DNA of 64,000 nucleotides from Octopus vulgaris (GCA_951406725.2 OX597832.1:28706001-28770000), one strand, 5' to 3'. Numbered from the stretch's first letter, positions 14,047 through 28,080 are shown. The notes: generated by a model from the letters alone, not told the origin. Translations and numbers: made by a program.

Positions 14047-14827
14047 CACTACTACTACTACTGCTACTACTACTACTGAGTTGTAGTAGGAAAGAATTAA
14101 TCCAAGCAAAAGTCCAACATATGTTTTCTGGTTAAAATCGAAGAAGGTTTATTAATTTCTCAAGAAATATTTCTGTGAGAATTGGAAGACAGGCAGACAT
14201 CTTTAGGATTTCGAAACCTAAAACAGCTGCGAGGAATTTCTACACCAAAACAGCTGCTTCCAACGGTTATTCTAAACAAGAAACCTACTGGAATGTTCTT
14301 GGAGGAGGAAGATGAGGAGGATGGGAGAGCGAGTTGTTGTTGTAGTTATAGTTGTTGTCGTTGTGGTTAGCGGTGGTGTTGGTGGTGGTGGTGGTCGTGG
14401 TCGGGATGGTGTCGATTTTGTTCGTAGGTTAAATTTAACGCTTATTTGTTCTATTAAATATATTTTCGGCCAGTTGATCATCGGAATGTGTTGGCACTAA
14501 ATCATCGCCTTGTTTTCTCCGTCAATGAGAATTCCTACAATCAGATAAACGGGTTTACCAGTTTATCACACATACATACATACACACATACATACATACA
14601 TACATACATACATACATACATGCATGCATGCACACATACATACACACACGTACATACATACATTCACACACATATATATGCATGTATGTTTGTATGTTTG
14701 TATGCATGTATGTATGTGTGTGTATATGTATATATACATACATACAGACATATATATGTATATATATGTATATATATATACATATATATATATATACATA
14801 TGCATATATATATATATATATACATAT

Positions 14828-14900
<73 letters not shown>

Positions 14901-14985
14901 TATATATATGCAGACATATTTTTATTACTTTTTGTATATAGAAAGAGAAACAGGAGAGAAATATATACGCGTGTGTGAGTATGTA

Positions 14986-15037
<52 letters not shown>

Positions 15038-15908
15038 TGTGTGTGTGTGTGCGTGTGTGGTAATCATGATTACTGATGTGTACAGTCGATAAGACAGAAG
15101 CTGGCCGTACGGAACTTATAAAAGATAAAAACAGAAGGATTTTGATTTCAACCTATTTGGATCTCATCAAGCTCGGTGCATTTAGCACCACACATGTTGC
15201 CCTGAACCAGACTGTTTATCTGTAAGTCAATAGCCAGAATAAATCATATGGTGATTAACACACACACACACGAACGTCCCTTTTATTGGTATTATCGTTT
15301 TTTCACATACATCGTTTATAAGGAATAAGTCCAACTCCTTGGCTTCTCAACGTGGGAAAACCAGTGAAAGTAAAAAAAAAAAGATTTGTTGACATTAAAG
15401 GCATCCGGCTGTAGACTAGGCTTTAAAAATTCATCACAATTCCTTGACAGATTTCATTCCATTAAACATAAGGTGTTGGAGAGGCACAATTGTTAGAGTG
15501 TTGGCAAAATACCTTCCAATATTTCTACCAGCTCTTTATATTCTAGTTTCAAATTCTGTTGCATCGACACAAAATATTCTACACCTTTTACTTACGGTCC
15601 CTTATTTTCTGGGACCTGATCCCAGTAACGTTGACTTTACTTTTGATCCTTCCACCTAGTTTCCCCACCACATCCTGTGCCCATGTTGAGTAATCATATA
15701 TATTTCCACACAGTTTTCCGATCGGTTTCATCTCCAGTCGTCATCAGGTATCTTATTCTGGAATATGTGCATAACGCCCGAGTGGATTCAAACCAAAAAC
15801 TGCTTTATTTGTAAAGTAAAAGTAGAAATGATCTTATCCATCGAGCCACGGATTCATGTAAAACATCCTTGATATTGTAATAAGTTTTTCAGAGGGTTTT
15901 AACAAATA

Positions 15909-16128
15909 CACGAAGTGGGAGATTGCTGAAAAGTTCCTGGCTTTGGGTAAAAGAAAATACAACAGGATCAGTTTAATTATGATTTTATTCAACATATTCC
16001 CCGTTCAAATTCACACACTTACTGAAGTGGTCCTTCAATTTTTCTAAGACCTGTAAAAGAACTCGGAAGGTTGGACCCCCAACCAGGCCTTTCGTTATAC
16101 CCTTTAAGCCAGGAACCTTTCAGCACCC

Positions 16129-16134
<6 letters not shown>
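15909..16134. mobile_element. Mariner-type MITE, copy 1
   Basis: Terminal inverted repeats TGCTGAAAAGTTCCTGGCTT / AAGCCAGGAACCTTTCAGCACCCCTCA ending at TA; homologous to 16466-16683. Confidence 0.85.
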
Positions 16135-16170
<36 letters not shown>

Positions 16171-16367
16171 GGGTGCTGAAAAATTTCTATCGTATATGCT
16201 GGGAAATAGATGCTAAAATCGTCTCACCACACAAAAAAGTCACAAATACACGTGTTGACTTTAACATAATTATACATATAATTTTCACCTTAATTAGTTT
16301 CATTTTATATGCTGGCCACTGATGAATTTTTTTTTAAAAGCTTTATCCTCAATTATCATTATCATCA

Positions 16368-16443
<76 letters not shown>

Positions 16444-16465
16444 ACCTACACACACACACATGTTA

Positions 16466-16683
16466 TACGAAGTGGTGCTGAAAAGTTCCTGGCTTTGGAT
16501 AAAAGAAAGTACAAGAGGATCAGTTAATTATGATTTTATCCCACACATTCCCCTCTCATATTCACACATTTATTGCAGCAGTTCTTCAATTTTTCTAAGC
16601 TCTGTAAAAGAACTCGGAGGGTCGGGCCTCCAGCCAAGCCTTTCGTGATACTCTTAAATCCAGCAACTTTTCAGAACCCCCCC
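16466..16683. mobile_element. Mariner-type MITE, copy 2
   Basis: TA-CGAAGTGGTGCTGAAAAGTTCCTGG...CCAGCAACTTTTCAGAACCCC; colinear with copy 1. Confidence 0.85.
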
Positions 16684-17035
16684 AGCAAAAGCTAGAAGTC
16701 CTTGGAACAAGACAGTCAATTCTTTCCCGTGAAACTTTGTCACTTTTCTCTACAACTAGTCCTCAATAAACTGCTAACACGAAAATTCCCTCGTTTAATA
16801 GCGGGGGCTGTGAATGGCTGGTAACCTTTCTGGGGCAATCGTACCGATCTTGACCCAGGATTGTAGCTCCGTCAATGAGACAGGTATTAATGTCGATGTT
16901 AATAACAAACGTAGCATATAAAAGCGATCGCCATGAAATTGGAGTGCTCAACGTCAACAGAGAAAAGAAAGGATGTTATTTAATTCAGTACTTGGAAAGG
17001 TACTCACCATTTTCACAAGACACTACTCCCCTCAC

Positions 17036-17440
<405 letters not shown>

Positions 17441-17507
17441 CTACACACACACATAAACAGTTATACAAACACGCACATACACAAACACACACACACACAC
17501 ATACACA

Positions 17508-17548
<41 letters not shown>

Positions 17549-17690
17549 GATACACAAAAAAAAATTTAATATAGAGTCCAGCAGGTTGGAAAGCAGTTTG
17601 TAAGAAGAAGAAGAACAAAATATATAAACGAAATGAAAATAGTTTAATAAAAATCGATATATGATACATGGGGACGACCAGAGCGAGAAC

Positions 17691-17747
<57 letters not shown>

Positions 17748-18334
17748 GAAGACAAAAAGAGAGGAAGAAAGGAAAAAGGAAAGGTGGTGAATGGTGGAAG
17801 CCGAGAAGGTAGCGCTCTATAGAATCGGTGGCTGGCAACAGTATTCGCCATTAATTTCATACGGAATATTCCCCGAGGCAACGATCTTTTCAGTGGTTTT
17901 GGTAAAAGCTATAATCAAGTTTTGAACCGAACGGCCATCAAGGGGGCAAAGATCAGTTATATTAACGGAGTTGTGTTTATGGGAACAAGGGGTTTAATAA
18001 TCGATCGTAAAAAGGGAAAAGCTAAGAAGCAGAGCTTCCATAAAGAATTCTGATTGTAAGATGACTTCAAGGACGGCTAAGGTTTCAATAGAACGTCCAT
18101 AGTTCTTCGATTCTTTGACAGATATGTGTGACTGCGTGTGTGTATGTATGTACATACATTACATATGTATATACATACACAAATGTGTGTATATGTATAT
18201 ATATATACGTGTGTGTATAAGCATGCAGACACACAAAATTTCTTTCGTAAAAAAATGCTACGTCAGTTACAGGATGACATGTCCTACTGACACCGGTTGC
18301 AATGGCAGATGGGCAAATAGCCAGAACAAAAGGA

Positions 18335-18388
18335 GTGGTGGTAGTAGTAGTAGTAGTAGTGGTGGTGGTGGTGGTGGTGGTGGTGGTG

Positions 18389-18428
<40 letters not shown>

Positions 18429-18518
18429 CAGCAGCAGTAGTTCTCAGGGAGATTGGGCGTGACACAGAAAGTGTCTAGGCTGGCCCTTTTGAATTGCAGG
18501 TACTGTTCATTTTTGCCA

Positions 18519-18555
<37 letters not shown>

Positions 18556-18627
18556 GGTAGTAGTAGTGGTGGTGGTGGTGGTAGTAGTGGTGGTAGCAGC
18601 AGCAGCAGTAGTAGTAGTAGCAGCAGC

Positions 18628-18686
<59 letters not shown>

Positions 18687-18720
18687 CAGCAGCAGCAGTA
18701 GTAGTAGTAATTGTAGTAGT
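18335..18720. repeat. (GTA/GGT/GCA)n tract interrupted by an 80-bp SINE fragment at 18438-18518
   Basis: The insert matches 23060-23141 (GTAGTTCTCAGGGAGATTG...CATTTTTGCCA). Confidence 0.9.
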
Positions 18721-18994
18721 CATCCATAGTCATAGAAAAATAATATAAAAGCTAAATCTGGTGGACCACCATTCTCGACCCCTTGGGCTCAGCAAATACA
18801 TATGTGTAATGTGGCCCCAGTGTAATATAGGATATTTTATTGTATAGGTTAGTGTTGTAAAGTGTATGTTGTAGTATAATGCAGAATAGTGTAGCGGGAG
18901 TTTGTGATTGATGTAGTATAGTATAGGAGAGTGTGGTGTGGTGTGGTGTTATGGTGATGGTTGGAATGTAGTGTATTTTCTGGAACCCAGATAA

Positions 18995-19190
18995 CTGGAG
19001 AAAGCTAGCAAGGTGATAAGCATGGCAGCTAAAACCAGCTCAAAGTGGATATGGTTCATAAGAGAGCGCAAGTGGAACTCTTCTATAGGTGGAGATTAGT
19101 TTAGTCCTCGCTGCTCCTCATGAGCGAAGTGTATAGATGAAGGGACGAAACGCTTGTGACCCTAAGGTACCGGCTGATGATACGGAAGGG
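18995..19190 (+). mobile_element. 3' end of a HERO/NeSL-like RLE non-LTR retrotransposon
   Basis: 18995-19099 translates LEKASKVISMAAKTSSKWIWFIRERKWNSSIGGD*, resembling the AAExASxWLWxxRxxxW C-terminus I recall for HERO elements; 3' UTR has CGAAAC...TGACCC...CTGATGAT. Confidence 0.65.
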
Positions 19191-19334
19191 TTTCTGACAG
19201 AATGGTTTAGAAAGACGGAAACGTGTCTGATTCTGCTTTGTAACAATATTCAGGCCCACGAAATCCCACAGAAAGGGTTTCGATAACTGATAGACGAACG
19301 TAGTTCTGGGGTCGCAGAGACCAGCAGCAGGTGA

Positions 19335-19549
19335 AATTGCTTTCAAGTTTTGGTGCGAAGCCAGCAATTTCGGGAAAGCGGGTAAGTCTATTACATTGAC
19401 CCCAGTGCTCAATTCGTACTTCGTTTATCGACCCTGAAAGGATTAAAAGCAAAGTCGACCTCGGCGGAATTTGAACTCAGAGCCTAAAAATGGACGATAT
19501 GCCGTTAAGCATTTCGCCCGTCGTGCTAACCATTCTACCAGCTCACCAC
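19335..19549 (-). mobile_element. SINE family D, near full length
   Basis: Reverse complement GAGCTGGTAGAATGGTTAGCAC (A-box-like), GAGTTCAAATTCC (B-box-like), GGTCGACTTTGC. Confidence 0.8.
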
Positions 19550-19562
19550 TCTAGACGGAGCC

Positions 19563-19700
19563 AATATTGCTTTCAAGTTTTGGCGCAAGGCCTGCAATTT
19601 CGGGGAAGGGGGATAAATCGATTACATCGATCTCAGTGTTCAATCAATAATTGTTTTATCGATCTGGAAAGGATGACAAGCAAAGGTGACCTCGGCGGAG
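19563..19700 (-). mobile_element. SINE family D, 5'-truncated
   Basis: Repeats ATTGCTTTCAAGTTTTGG...GACCTCGGCGG of the adjacent copy. Confidence 0.75.
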
Positions 19701-19986
19701 GTAACATCGTAGCCACAAAGGCCAATAGGAAGGCTTTCGACCATCAGACAGACAGAGATAATATGAAAGAGTTAACTTCCATTGAACTTTGATTTCTAAT
19801 GATTTGCCAACTCATCCTTGAATGAAGCAGCTTTGAAACAAGGTTATGAAATAATTTGGTCTGTAAAGGCAGGGGAAGAGGGTTCGAATTTCAGTTGTTC
19901 ACTGAAACATCTTAAGAAGTTGAAAAGTTTGCACTTGTTTCGGAAGTCTTTTCAACGGGAACATTTTACCGATTCACTGTCGAATA

Positions 19987-20026
<40 letters not shown>

Positions 20027-20084
20027 AGTGTATATGAATATATACATACATATACAAACTGTACGCGTACGTACACACACACAA

Positions 20085-20123
<39 letters not shown>

Positions 20124-20940
20124 ATATGTATTAGTGTGTGTGTACACATGCATACATATATAAAGTTATGTATATAATTATATATATATATATATACATA
20201 CATACAAATTATATATGCATAAGTACGTATTTATATACAGCATGTGTATGTGTGTGTGTGTGTGCGTGTGTGTGTGTGCGTGTGTGCGTGTGTGTGTGTG
20301 TGTGTGTGTGCTTGTGTAAGTGTGTGCGTGCGTGTGTGTGTAGTTGTGTGTGTGTGTGTGTGTGTGCGCATGTGTGCGTGTGCGTATGTGTGCGTGTGTG
20401 TTCCCGTTGCAACTCCTTTGACTCATTCCTTTCAACTCGAACGTGTTGCGGATTTATCGGCCATTAAACAACTCTAAATGGAGATGTAGTAATATTTATA
20501 AATGTAGGAAAGATAATCTGAAGGATAAAAATCTGTGCTGGAGTTGGTTTTGATTGCTTCATTTGCCGTGCGTCGAACAACAGCTGAGAAATTCATATAT
20601 CGCTCGTAAATTTTCCACTTGGACGAGTCGTGTTTTGAAAGTCTCCAACCAAGGATACGATGTAGACATTATGTTGACGGTGAGACAATACCTTGTAAGG
20701 GACGAGGGGTATTTAACAGATGTAAATATAATTTGGGAAGCCGGGAGAGAAAAAGGAGGAGGAAGAGAGGGAGAGAGAGAGAGAAGAAGAGAGAAAGAGG
20801 GAGAAGGGACTGAGAGGGGTGGAAGTGGCGAAAGGAAGAGAACGTCGGCGGTGGAGAGGAATATGTAGAAATGGAGACGGAGAAAATATAGCGAAATAAA
20901 GTTAGTTTATGATGCAGATAGATAGATAGATAGATAGATA

Positions 20941-20974
<34 letters not shown>

Positions 20975-21016
20975 ATAGGTAGATAGATTTATATATATAT
21001 GTTGTGTGTATATATA

Positions 21017-21063
<47 letters not shown>

Positions 21064-21079
21064 TATGTGTATATATGTA

Positions 21080-21144
<65 letters not shown>

Positions 21145-21256
21145 ATAGACAGACAATCAATACAGATAAATATACAGGTATTAAGATAGCTGTATATTAC
21201 AAGAGAAAGAGGAAAAGAGAGAGACCGAAAGAGAGAAAGAGAGAGTTCTGTAGATG

Positions 21257-21257
<1 letters not shown>

Positions 21258-21325
<68 letters not shown>

Positions 21326-21334
21326 GTAGGTAGG

Positions 21335-21394
<60 letters not shown>

Positions 21395-21410
21395 CAGATA
21401 GATAGATAAA
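21258..21410. repeat. (GATA)n microsatellite
   Basis: Directly visible. Confidence 0.95.
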
Positions 21411-22089
21411 TAGTTTTGAGAAATAGATGGAGTGATAGACTAGATAGATTTATAGTAGGGAAGTAGATAGACAGACAACTAAATAGATGGGGAAAGAGTG
21501 TTGGGAGAACACTAGAAACAGAAACATCTAGAAGTAAATAGAGAAGGTAACTATAAAGATATAGAGAGAAACAGAAATTGAGAGAGGAGAGAGGAGAGAT
21601 GGTAGAGAGGAAGAAGGAATAAAAGGAGAAAATAGAAAGAGAAGGATTGGGAGATACAGAGAAAGCAAAAGTGAGGAAGAGAGAGAGAGAGAGAGAGAGA
21701 GGAAGTCAGAGAGTAACTTAAAGAGAGAAAAAAGGAGAGATTGAGAGAGAAAGAGAGGAAGAGAAAGAAGGAATGAGAGGTCTTTATTTTCAGACGATGC
21801 CATGTCATAAAGTGAGGAAAAGTTCTTCAGTTGTTCATTTAAAGTTGTAAAGTTACAAAAAGGTAACAAAACTCCATTGCAAAAATGTCATAAAATAGCA
21901 GAAGATCTGCTTGAAACAGGGTTAAGAGTGTTTATTTTTGCAAGCATGCGGTTTCGGGTTCAATCTTAGAACGCGGAACAGTAGCTAAATATCTTAAGTG
22001 TAACCAATTATTAAGAGAATTCAATCAACGAATATTGTACGGAAACCAGTGAAGGTGTCTCGAAATGATGCGAAGATGCAGTTATTGGG

Positions 22090-22670
22090 GGCGAACAGCG
22101 GTGGCAAGAACTAAAGGTAGGGCATACCTTACAATGAAAAATTATAGAGGAGTCAGACAAGGTTGTGTATAATACACAGCGTTAGCCTATTTGAATTATT
22201 TACACAGGTCTTTAGAGTAGTAAAACACATAACGGAAATATCAATCAATAACGTGAGTTATGCAGACGACATCGCCATATTAACTTTCAACAAAGATGGC
22301 TTACTCTAAAGAAAATGACAGAGGATTGTCTTATGGAATGGAAATGAATATAAAAGTAAACAAAACCAATTGTAAACGACAAGAAACAACAATCTGTAAA
22401 TATAGATATTACAATTGAAGGGGAAAAGTTGCTTCTACAGAAATCAAAGAGAATATATCCGGGTTTTATGGAATCAGAAAACGGGAAATGTGAAGCAAAA
22501 ATCAAAAGGAATATTGAGATATCCAGAAAATCTTTCGGAAAATGTCAACCATTTTAATATGAAGAACCATTAATAATAGAAATCAGAGAAAAGATATCGA
22601 AATGATGTGTGTGAACCGATCTTGTGTTTGAAGTTGAAACGATAACAAAAGTTGTTATCAAATAGTTTCC
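22090..22670 (+). pseudogene. Decayed LINE reverse transcriptase (RTE-like)
   Basis: RGVRQGCV at 22146-22169 and INNVSYADDIAIL with YADD at 22259-22270; many stops and frameshifts. Confidence 0.85.
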
Positions 22671-22681
22671 ATGTCTTTCAT

Positions 22682-22816
22682 GCGCATGCGTGGCTGTGTG
22701 GTAAGAAGCTTGCTTCCCAACCACACGGTTCCAGGCAAGTGTCTTTTGCTATAACTTGGTGACGACCAAAAACCCTGTGAGTGGATTTGGTAGACGAAGA
22801 CTGAAAGAAGCCCGTT
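22682..22816 (+). mobile_element. SINE family A, internally deleted 5' part
   Basis: GTGGCTGTGTGGTAAGAAGCTTGCTTCCCAACCAC...CTGAAAGAAGCCCG. Confidence 0.8.
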
Positions 22817-22831
22817 GTGTGTGCGTGTATG

Positions 22832-22872
<41 letters not shown>

Positions 22873-22898
22873 ACATACACATACACACACATATATAC

Positions 22899-22930
<32 letters not shown>

Positions 22931-22944
22931 GTGTGTATGTATTG

Positions 22945-23266
22945 GATCTCCGTTGGCTACGACGGCGCAGGGTTCCAGGTGATCCAACCATCGAAAGAGA
23001 GTGCTCTTGAAGTTAACGTGCAAATGGCTGAGTACACCACAGTTACGCGTGCCCTTACGGTAGTTCTCAGGGAGATTGAGCGTGACACAGAGTGTGACAA
23101 GGCTGGCCATTTTGAATTGCAGGTACTCTTCATTTTTGCCATCTGAGTGGACTGGAGCAACGTGAAATAAAGTGTCTTGCTCAAGGACACAACGCACCGC
23201 CGAGAATCGAACTCACCTCCTTACGATCATGGGCTGAATACCATAACCACTAAGCCCCGCGCCTAC
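22945..23266 (-). mobile_element. SINE, body C + tail X
   Basis: tRNA-like head, then TTGAGCAAGACACTTTATTTCACGTTGCTCCAGTCCACTCAG (shared with 42117 and 45148), then the same tail as 2972-3155. Confidence 0.85.
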
Positions 23267-23460
23267 ACTTAATTCAATGTAAAGTGACTGTGAAAGACAT
23301 CAAAGAGAAAACCAAGAATTACATGGAGGATTAATACCTGGAATTGGACAAATTTGAATTCAGGAAATACAAATAAAGACGACAGGAAGATTGGGATAGT
23401 GATTCCTGGCAGCCATCTGGCTGAGTATACCTGGTTATGGTGATAGAATTCTTGGAATGG
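23267..23460 (+). mobile_element. Probable 3' remainder of the RTE-like LINE at 22090
   Basis: Decayed KPRITW-like motif resembling GRPRxTW of RTE C-termini; same strand, on the far side of the two SINE insertions. Confidence 0.45.
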
Positions 23461-23646
23461 TCGCAATGGTTAGGGTATTGATTAAAAGGTTGAATATGGT
23501 GGCTCAGCATCAAATCCAGAACTTTTCGAAATATTTCTTCTTTGCTATGACAACAAATACTTCATTCTCAAAACGGTAGAATCTTCAAAGAAAATGTCAG
23601 AACACGTTTTGTATATCATGTGTAGATAAGATATATCACGTCTGAC

Positions 23647-23728
<82 letters not shown>

Positions 23729-23844
23729 GTCTGTCTGTCTGTCTCCACATACATACACTCACACATACTCACACACATACACACATTATATAAATACATT
23801 TATTATATTTGTCTTCTCGCTACATATATATATATATAATTAAT

Positions 23845-24137
23845 TAAGGGTAGAAATTGATATTTATCAATTAAGACCAGTGGTCTAGCATATTAAAAAA
23901 GAATCCGAAGATTAAAATATTTATATATACCAATTAAGGACTGAACACGAAAAGTGGACAGTCAACATGCTAGATATAGACGTCAAATCGTCATTCTCCA
24001 CAAAAGATTATGTTCTCAGATCAAACTCAACAGTTTGATCTGAGAACATAATCTTTTGTGGAGAATGACGATTTGACGTCTATATCTAGCATGTTGACTG
24101 TCCACTTTTCGTGTTCAGTCCTTAATTGGTATATATA
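23845..24137. mobile_element. Hairpin-plus-tail element with perfect 106-bp arms (same family as 4761-4900)
   Basis: 23922-24027 is the exact reverse complement of 24032-24137 (loop CAAC); unpaired tail 23845-23921; (TA)n on both sides. Confidence 0.75.
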
Positions 24138-24167
24138 TATATATATATATATATATGTAAATATTAA

Positions 24168-24254
<87 letters not shown>

Positions 24255-24278
24255 GTATCTATCTATCTACATATCTAC

Positions 24279-24353
<75 letters not shown>

Positions 24354-24617
24354 TATAAATGCAAGATGGCGCCTGGTGGCGAGAAATACATGCAGCAACT
24401 TTAATAATAGACCAGACAATTGTAAAACTGTAAAACAGACGACATACCCATATGTGTACTCGCTTATACACAGTCTTTACACATATAGATATATGCCTGT
24501 CTACCTGTCTATCTTTCTGTCTGCCTATTATAAATAACTTTCCCTCCCATTATATAAATTCTGAACATTTATTTTCACGCGTATATACCTATATATCACT
24601 GAATGCGCATATGTTTA

Positions 24618-24650
<33 letters not shown>

Positions 24651-25006
24651 TTATACACACACGCAGACATACGCACACATACATACATACAAACATACAC
24701 ACGCGCACACACATATATACACACGTACACATACGTACATACAGAATTTATATAAGTTCCAATCATGTGAATATTTGATAAGACACTCCAATATTGAAGC
24801 AAGGAAGTTATGGGACATTCTACACGCATGCGCAAACATAAATACGTTCACATCCGCACATATCTGTACTTACGTGCATAAAGACATACGTATATTTGTA
24901 ACATATATATATATATGTATACACATGTATGTATGTCTATGTATGTATATGGATATACATACTCATACACGCTATTGAAGTCAGTATTGCTGTTACCGAC
25001 ACACCG

Positions 25007-25130
<124 letters not shown>

Positions 25131-25672
25131 ATATATGATACAGAATGATCTTTACTTACATATTGATACACCAGTACAATAATATACATTTAAGCTCACA
25201 CACATACACACACGCACACACACATATTGATTTTATTTTTCAATCAATATTAAAACAGCCAATTTAAACAAGACTTCTAGATAATAACGTTCACACTTAC
25301 AGCAACAGAGGTAAACACACTCAAACACATACATGTGCACACACACACACTTATAAATATACTCATTTACATATTTATATATACAGGCAGATATACACAC
25401 ACAACTATACGTCTATGCATCTGTATGAACATATGAATGAATAACTGCGTATATACATATATATATATACACATACATATATATATATATATATATATTA
25501 TACGCATATACTTAGATATCTATGCAGGTTTTATTAGCACATATATGACCACATGTATGTGTGTATATATCTATCTATATACATGTATGTATGCATGTAT
25601 GTACCATTATACATACCTATATACACATAGATATGTGTATATATATAGACATACATTATATGTATATATATG

Positions 25673-25721
<49 letters not shown>

Positions 25722-25870
25722 ATATATATATATATACGCTTATGATAATGGATTCTCTCGTCGGTCTTAACACATGTATAATATTTCGTGTCTATGTACG
25801 TACGTATGGGTGTCAATATATACTCATTCCAGAGATTCACTTATTTATACCTACGCACACACAACCACAC

Positions 25871-25912
<42 letters not shown>

Positions 25913-26051
25913 GTACGTATATATATATATATATATATATACATATATATATGTACGTATGTATGTATATATATATATATATACATACATATATATATAT
26001 ATATAGATAGATAGATAGATACATACATACATACATACATACATACATACA

Positions 26052-26083
<32 letters not shown>

Positions 26084-26163
26084 GATATATACTTATATAT
26101 ACCCCTCACGCATGCACACTCATACATTAAGAATATAGATATGAATATATAAATATGTATCTG

Positions 26164-26195
<32 letters not shown>

Positions 26196-26693
26196 CATTT
26201 ATATATGTTATATATTATATTATATTATATTATATATATATATACTTATATACGTATGTATATAGACCTACATATAGAAAATCAATGAACCAATGTAATA
26301 GTTTTGCCAGAGATAGAGAAGCGTTCTTTGACTATTATGGAAATATATGGTATATCTCTTCGGCACACTTGATGCCAATGTTGGTCCTTAACGATTTTGA
26401 CTTCTCCAAATAGAACCATTCTTTTATTTATTTATTTATTTATTTATTTATTCAAACTTTTTTTTCTTTTTCTTTTCTGTTGTTATTTCTTTTTCTTTTC
26501 TTTTTTTCTTTTCTTTTCTTTTCTTTTCTTTCAGACTGGAACAAATATTTCTGCTGTTTTCAATCAGTTTTTATTCTCCGATGCCACACCAAAAGTCAAG
26601 TTGTGTCGACAGAGATAAGATTCGCCTGATTTTCGAAGAAAAGAAAGTCTGGACGGTTTATCATTCTTATTCTTATTGTTGTTGTTGTTATTG

Positions 26694-26742
<49 letters not shown>

Positions 26743-26776
26743 GATCGTCATCATCATCATTTTCATCATCATTATT

Positions 26777-26848
<72 letters not shown>

Positions 26849-27240
26849 TCTTTACTTTTCAATTATATATATATATATTATATATATATATATGTTTTTT
26901 CTCTTTGAATTTAATTCATTTTATTCTAATTTCTGCGTAGGCAGTTCCATTGTGTCTTTTGCCACCTCTAACTCGCATCGTCTGCATCAAATTGCAAAAT
27001 TTAAAAAGAAATTATAACAATAACACTTATTATTATTTAACTTTTTTGTAATAACATTTTTTTATGGGAGGAGTCGTCTCATATTTTCTTGTTTGTTTTT
27101 GATAAATATCGACTGCCACCACCCCCACTTCACCCCGCCCCCACCTTTCACCTATTTTTTCAGTATTTTCGTGGTTCATTTTTTGTTATCAACTTCGTCG
27201 TTTTGTTTCGAACGCAGAACATTATACTTTACAGTATAAT

Positions 27241-27400
27241 GGCGTCGGAGTGGCTGTGTGGTAAGTAGCTTGCTTACCAACCGCGTGGTTTCGCGTTCAG
27301 TCCCACTGCGTGGCACCTTGGACAAGTGTCTTCTACTATAGCCTCGGGCCGACCAAAGCCTTATGAGTGGATTTGGTAGACGGAAACTGAAAGAAGCCCG
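27241..27400 (+). mobile_element. SINE family A, 5' half
   Basis: GGCGTCGGAGTGGCTGTGTGGTAAG...GAAAGAAGCCCG. Confidence 0.88.
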
Positions 27401-27580
27401 CTGCATTCGAATGCATATACATTCACATAAATATATGTATATTAATACTTATATGCATCTGTATGTACTTATATTCATAAACATATGCATTCATATATAA
27501 AGGTGCACATATATGTACATTCATGCATGCATACATACATACATGTATACACACACACACATATATATATTTATGTTTAT

Positions 27581-27611
<31 letters not shown>

Positions 27612-27626
27612 TATATATATATATAT

Positions 27627-28040
27627 ACTCTCTTTTACTCTCTTTTACTTGTTTCAGTCATCTGACTGCAGCCATGCTGGAGCACCGTCTTTAGTCGAGC
27701 AAATCGACCCCGGGACTTATTCGTTGTAAGCCCAGTACTTATTCTATTGGTCTATTTTTGCCGAACCGCTAAGTGACGGGGACGTAAACACACCAGCATC
27801 GGTTGTCAAGCAATGCTAGGGGGACAGACACAGACACACAAACATATACACACACATACATATATATATATATACATACATATATACGACAGGCTTCTTT
27901 CAGTTTCCGTATACCAAATCGACTTATAAGGCATTGGTCGGCCCGGGGCTATAGCAGAAGACACTTGCCCAAGGTGCCACGCAGTGGGACTGAACCGGGA
28001 ACCATGTGGTTGGTAAACAAGCTACTTACCACACAGCCAC
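27627..28040 (-). mobile_element. SINE family A, near full length
   Basis: tRNA-like head, internal TA/CA microsatellite, 3' end with a repeated GTAAAAGA-type unit. Confidence 0.9.
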
Positions 28041-28080
28041 ACACACACATAATAAATAGTTTGGCTGCCTGTTTCTTTGG

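Noticed and set aside
16800-16872. Possible pre-miRNA hairpin
   Set aside because: Pairing depends on many G-U pairs and large loops; no recognisable mature miRNA.
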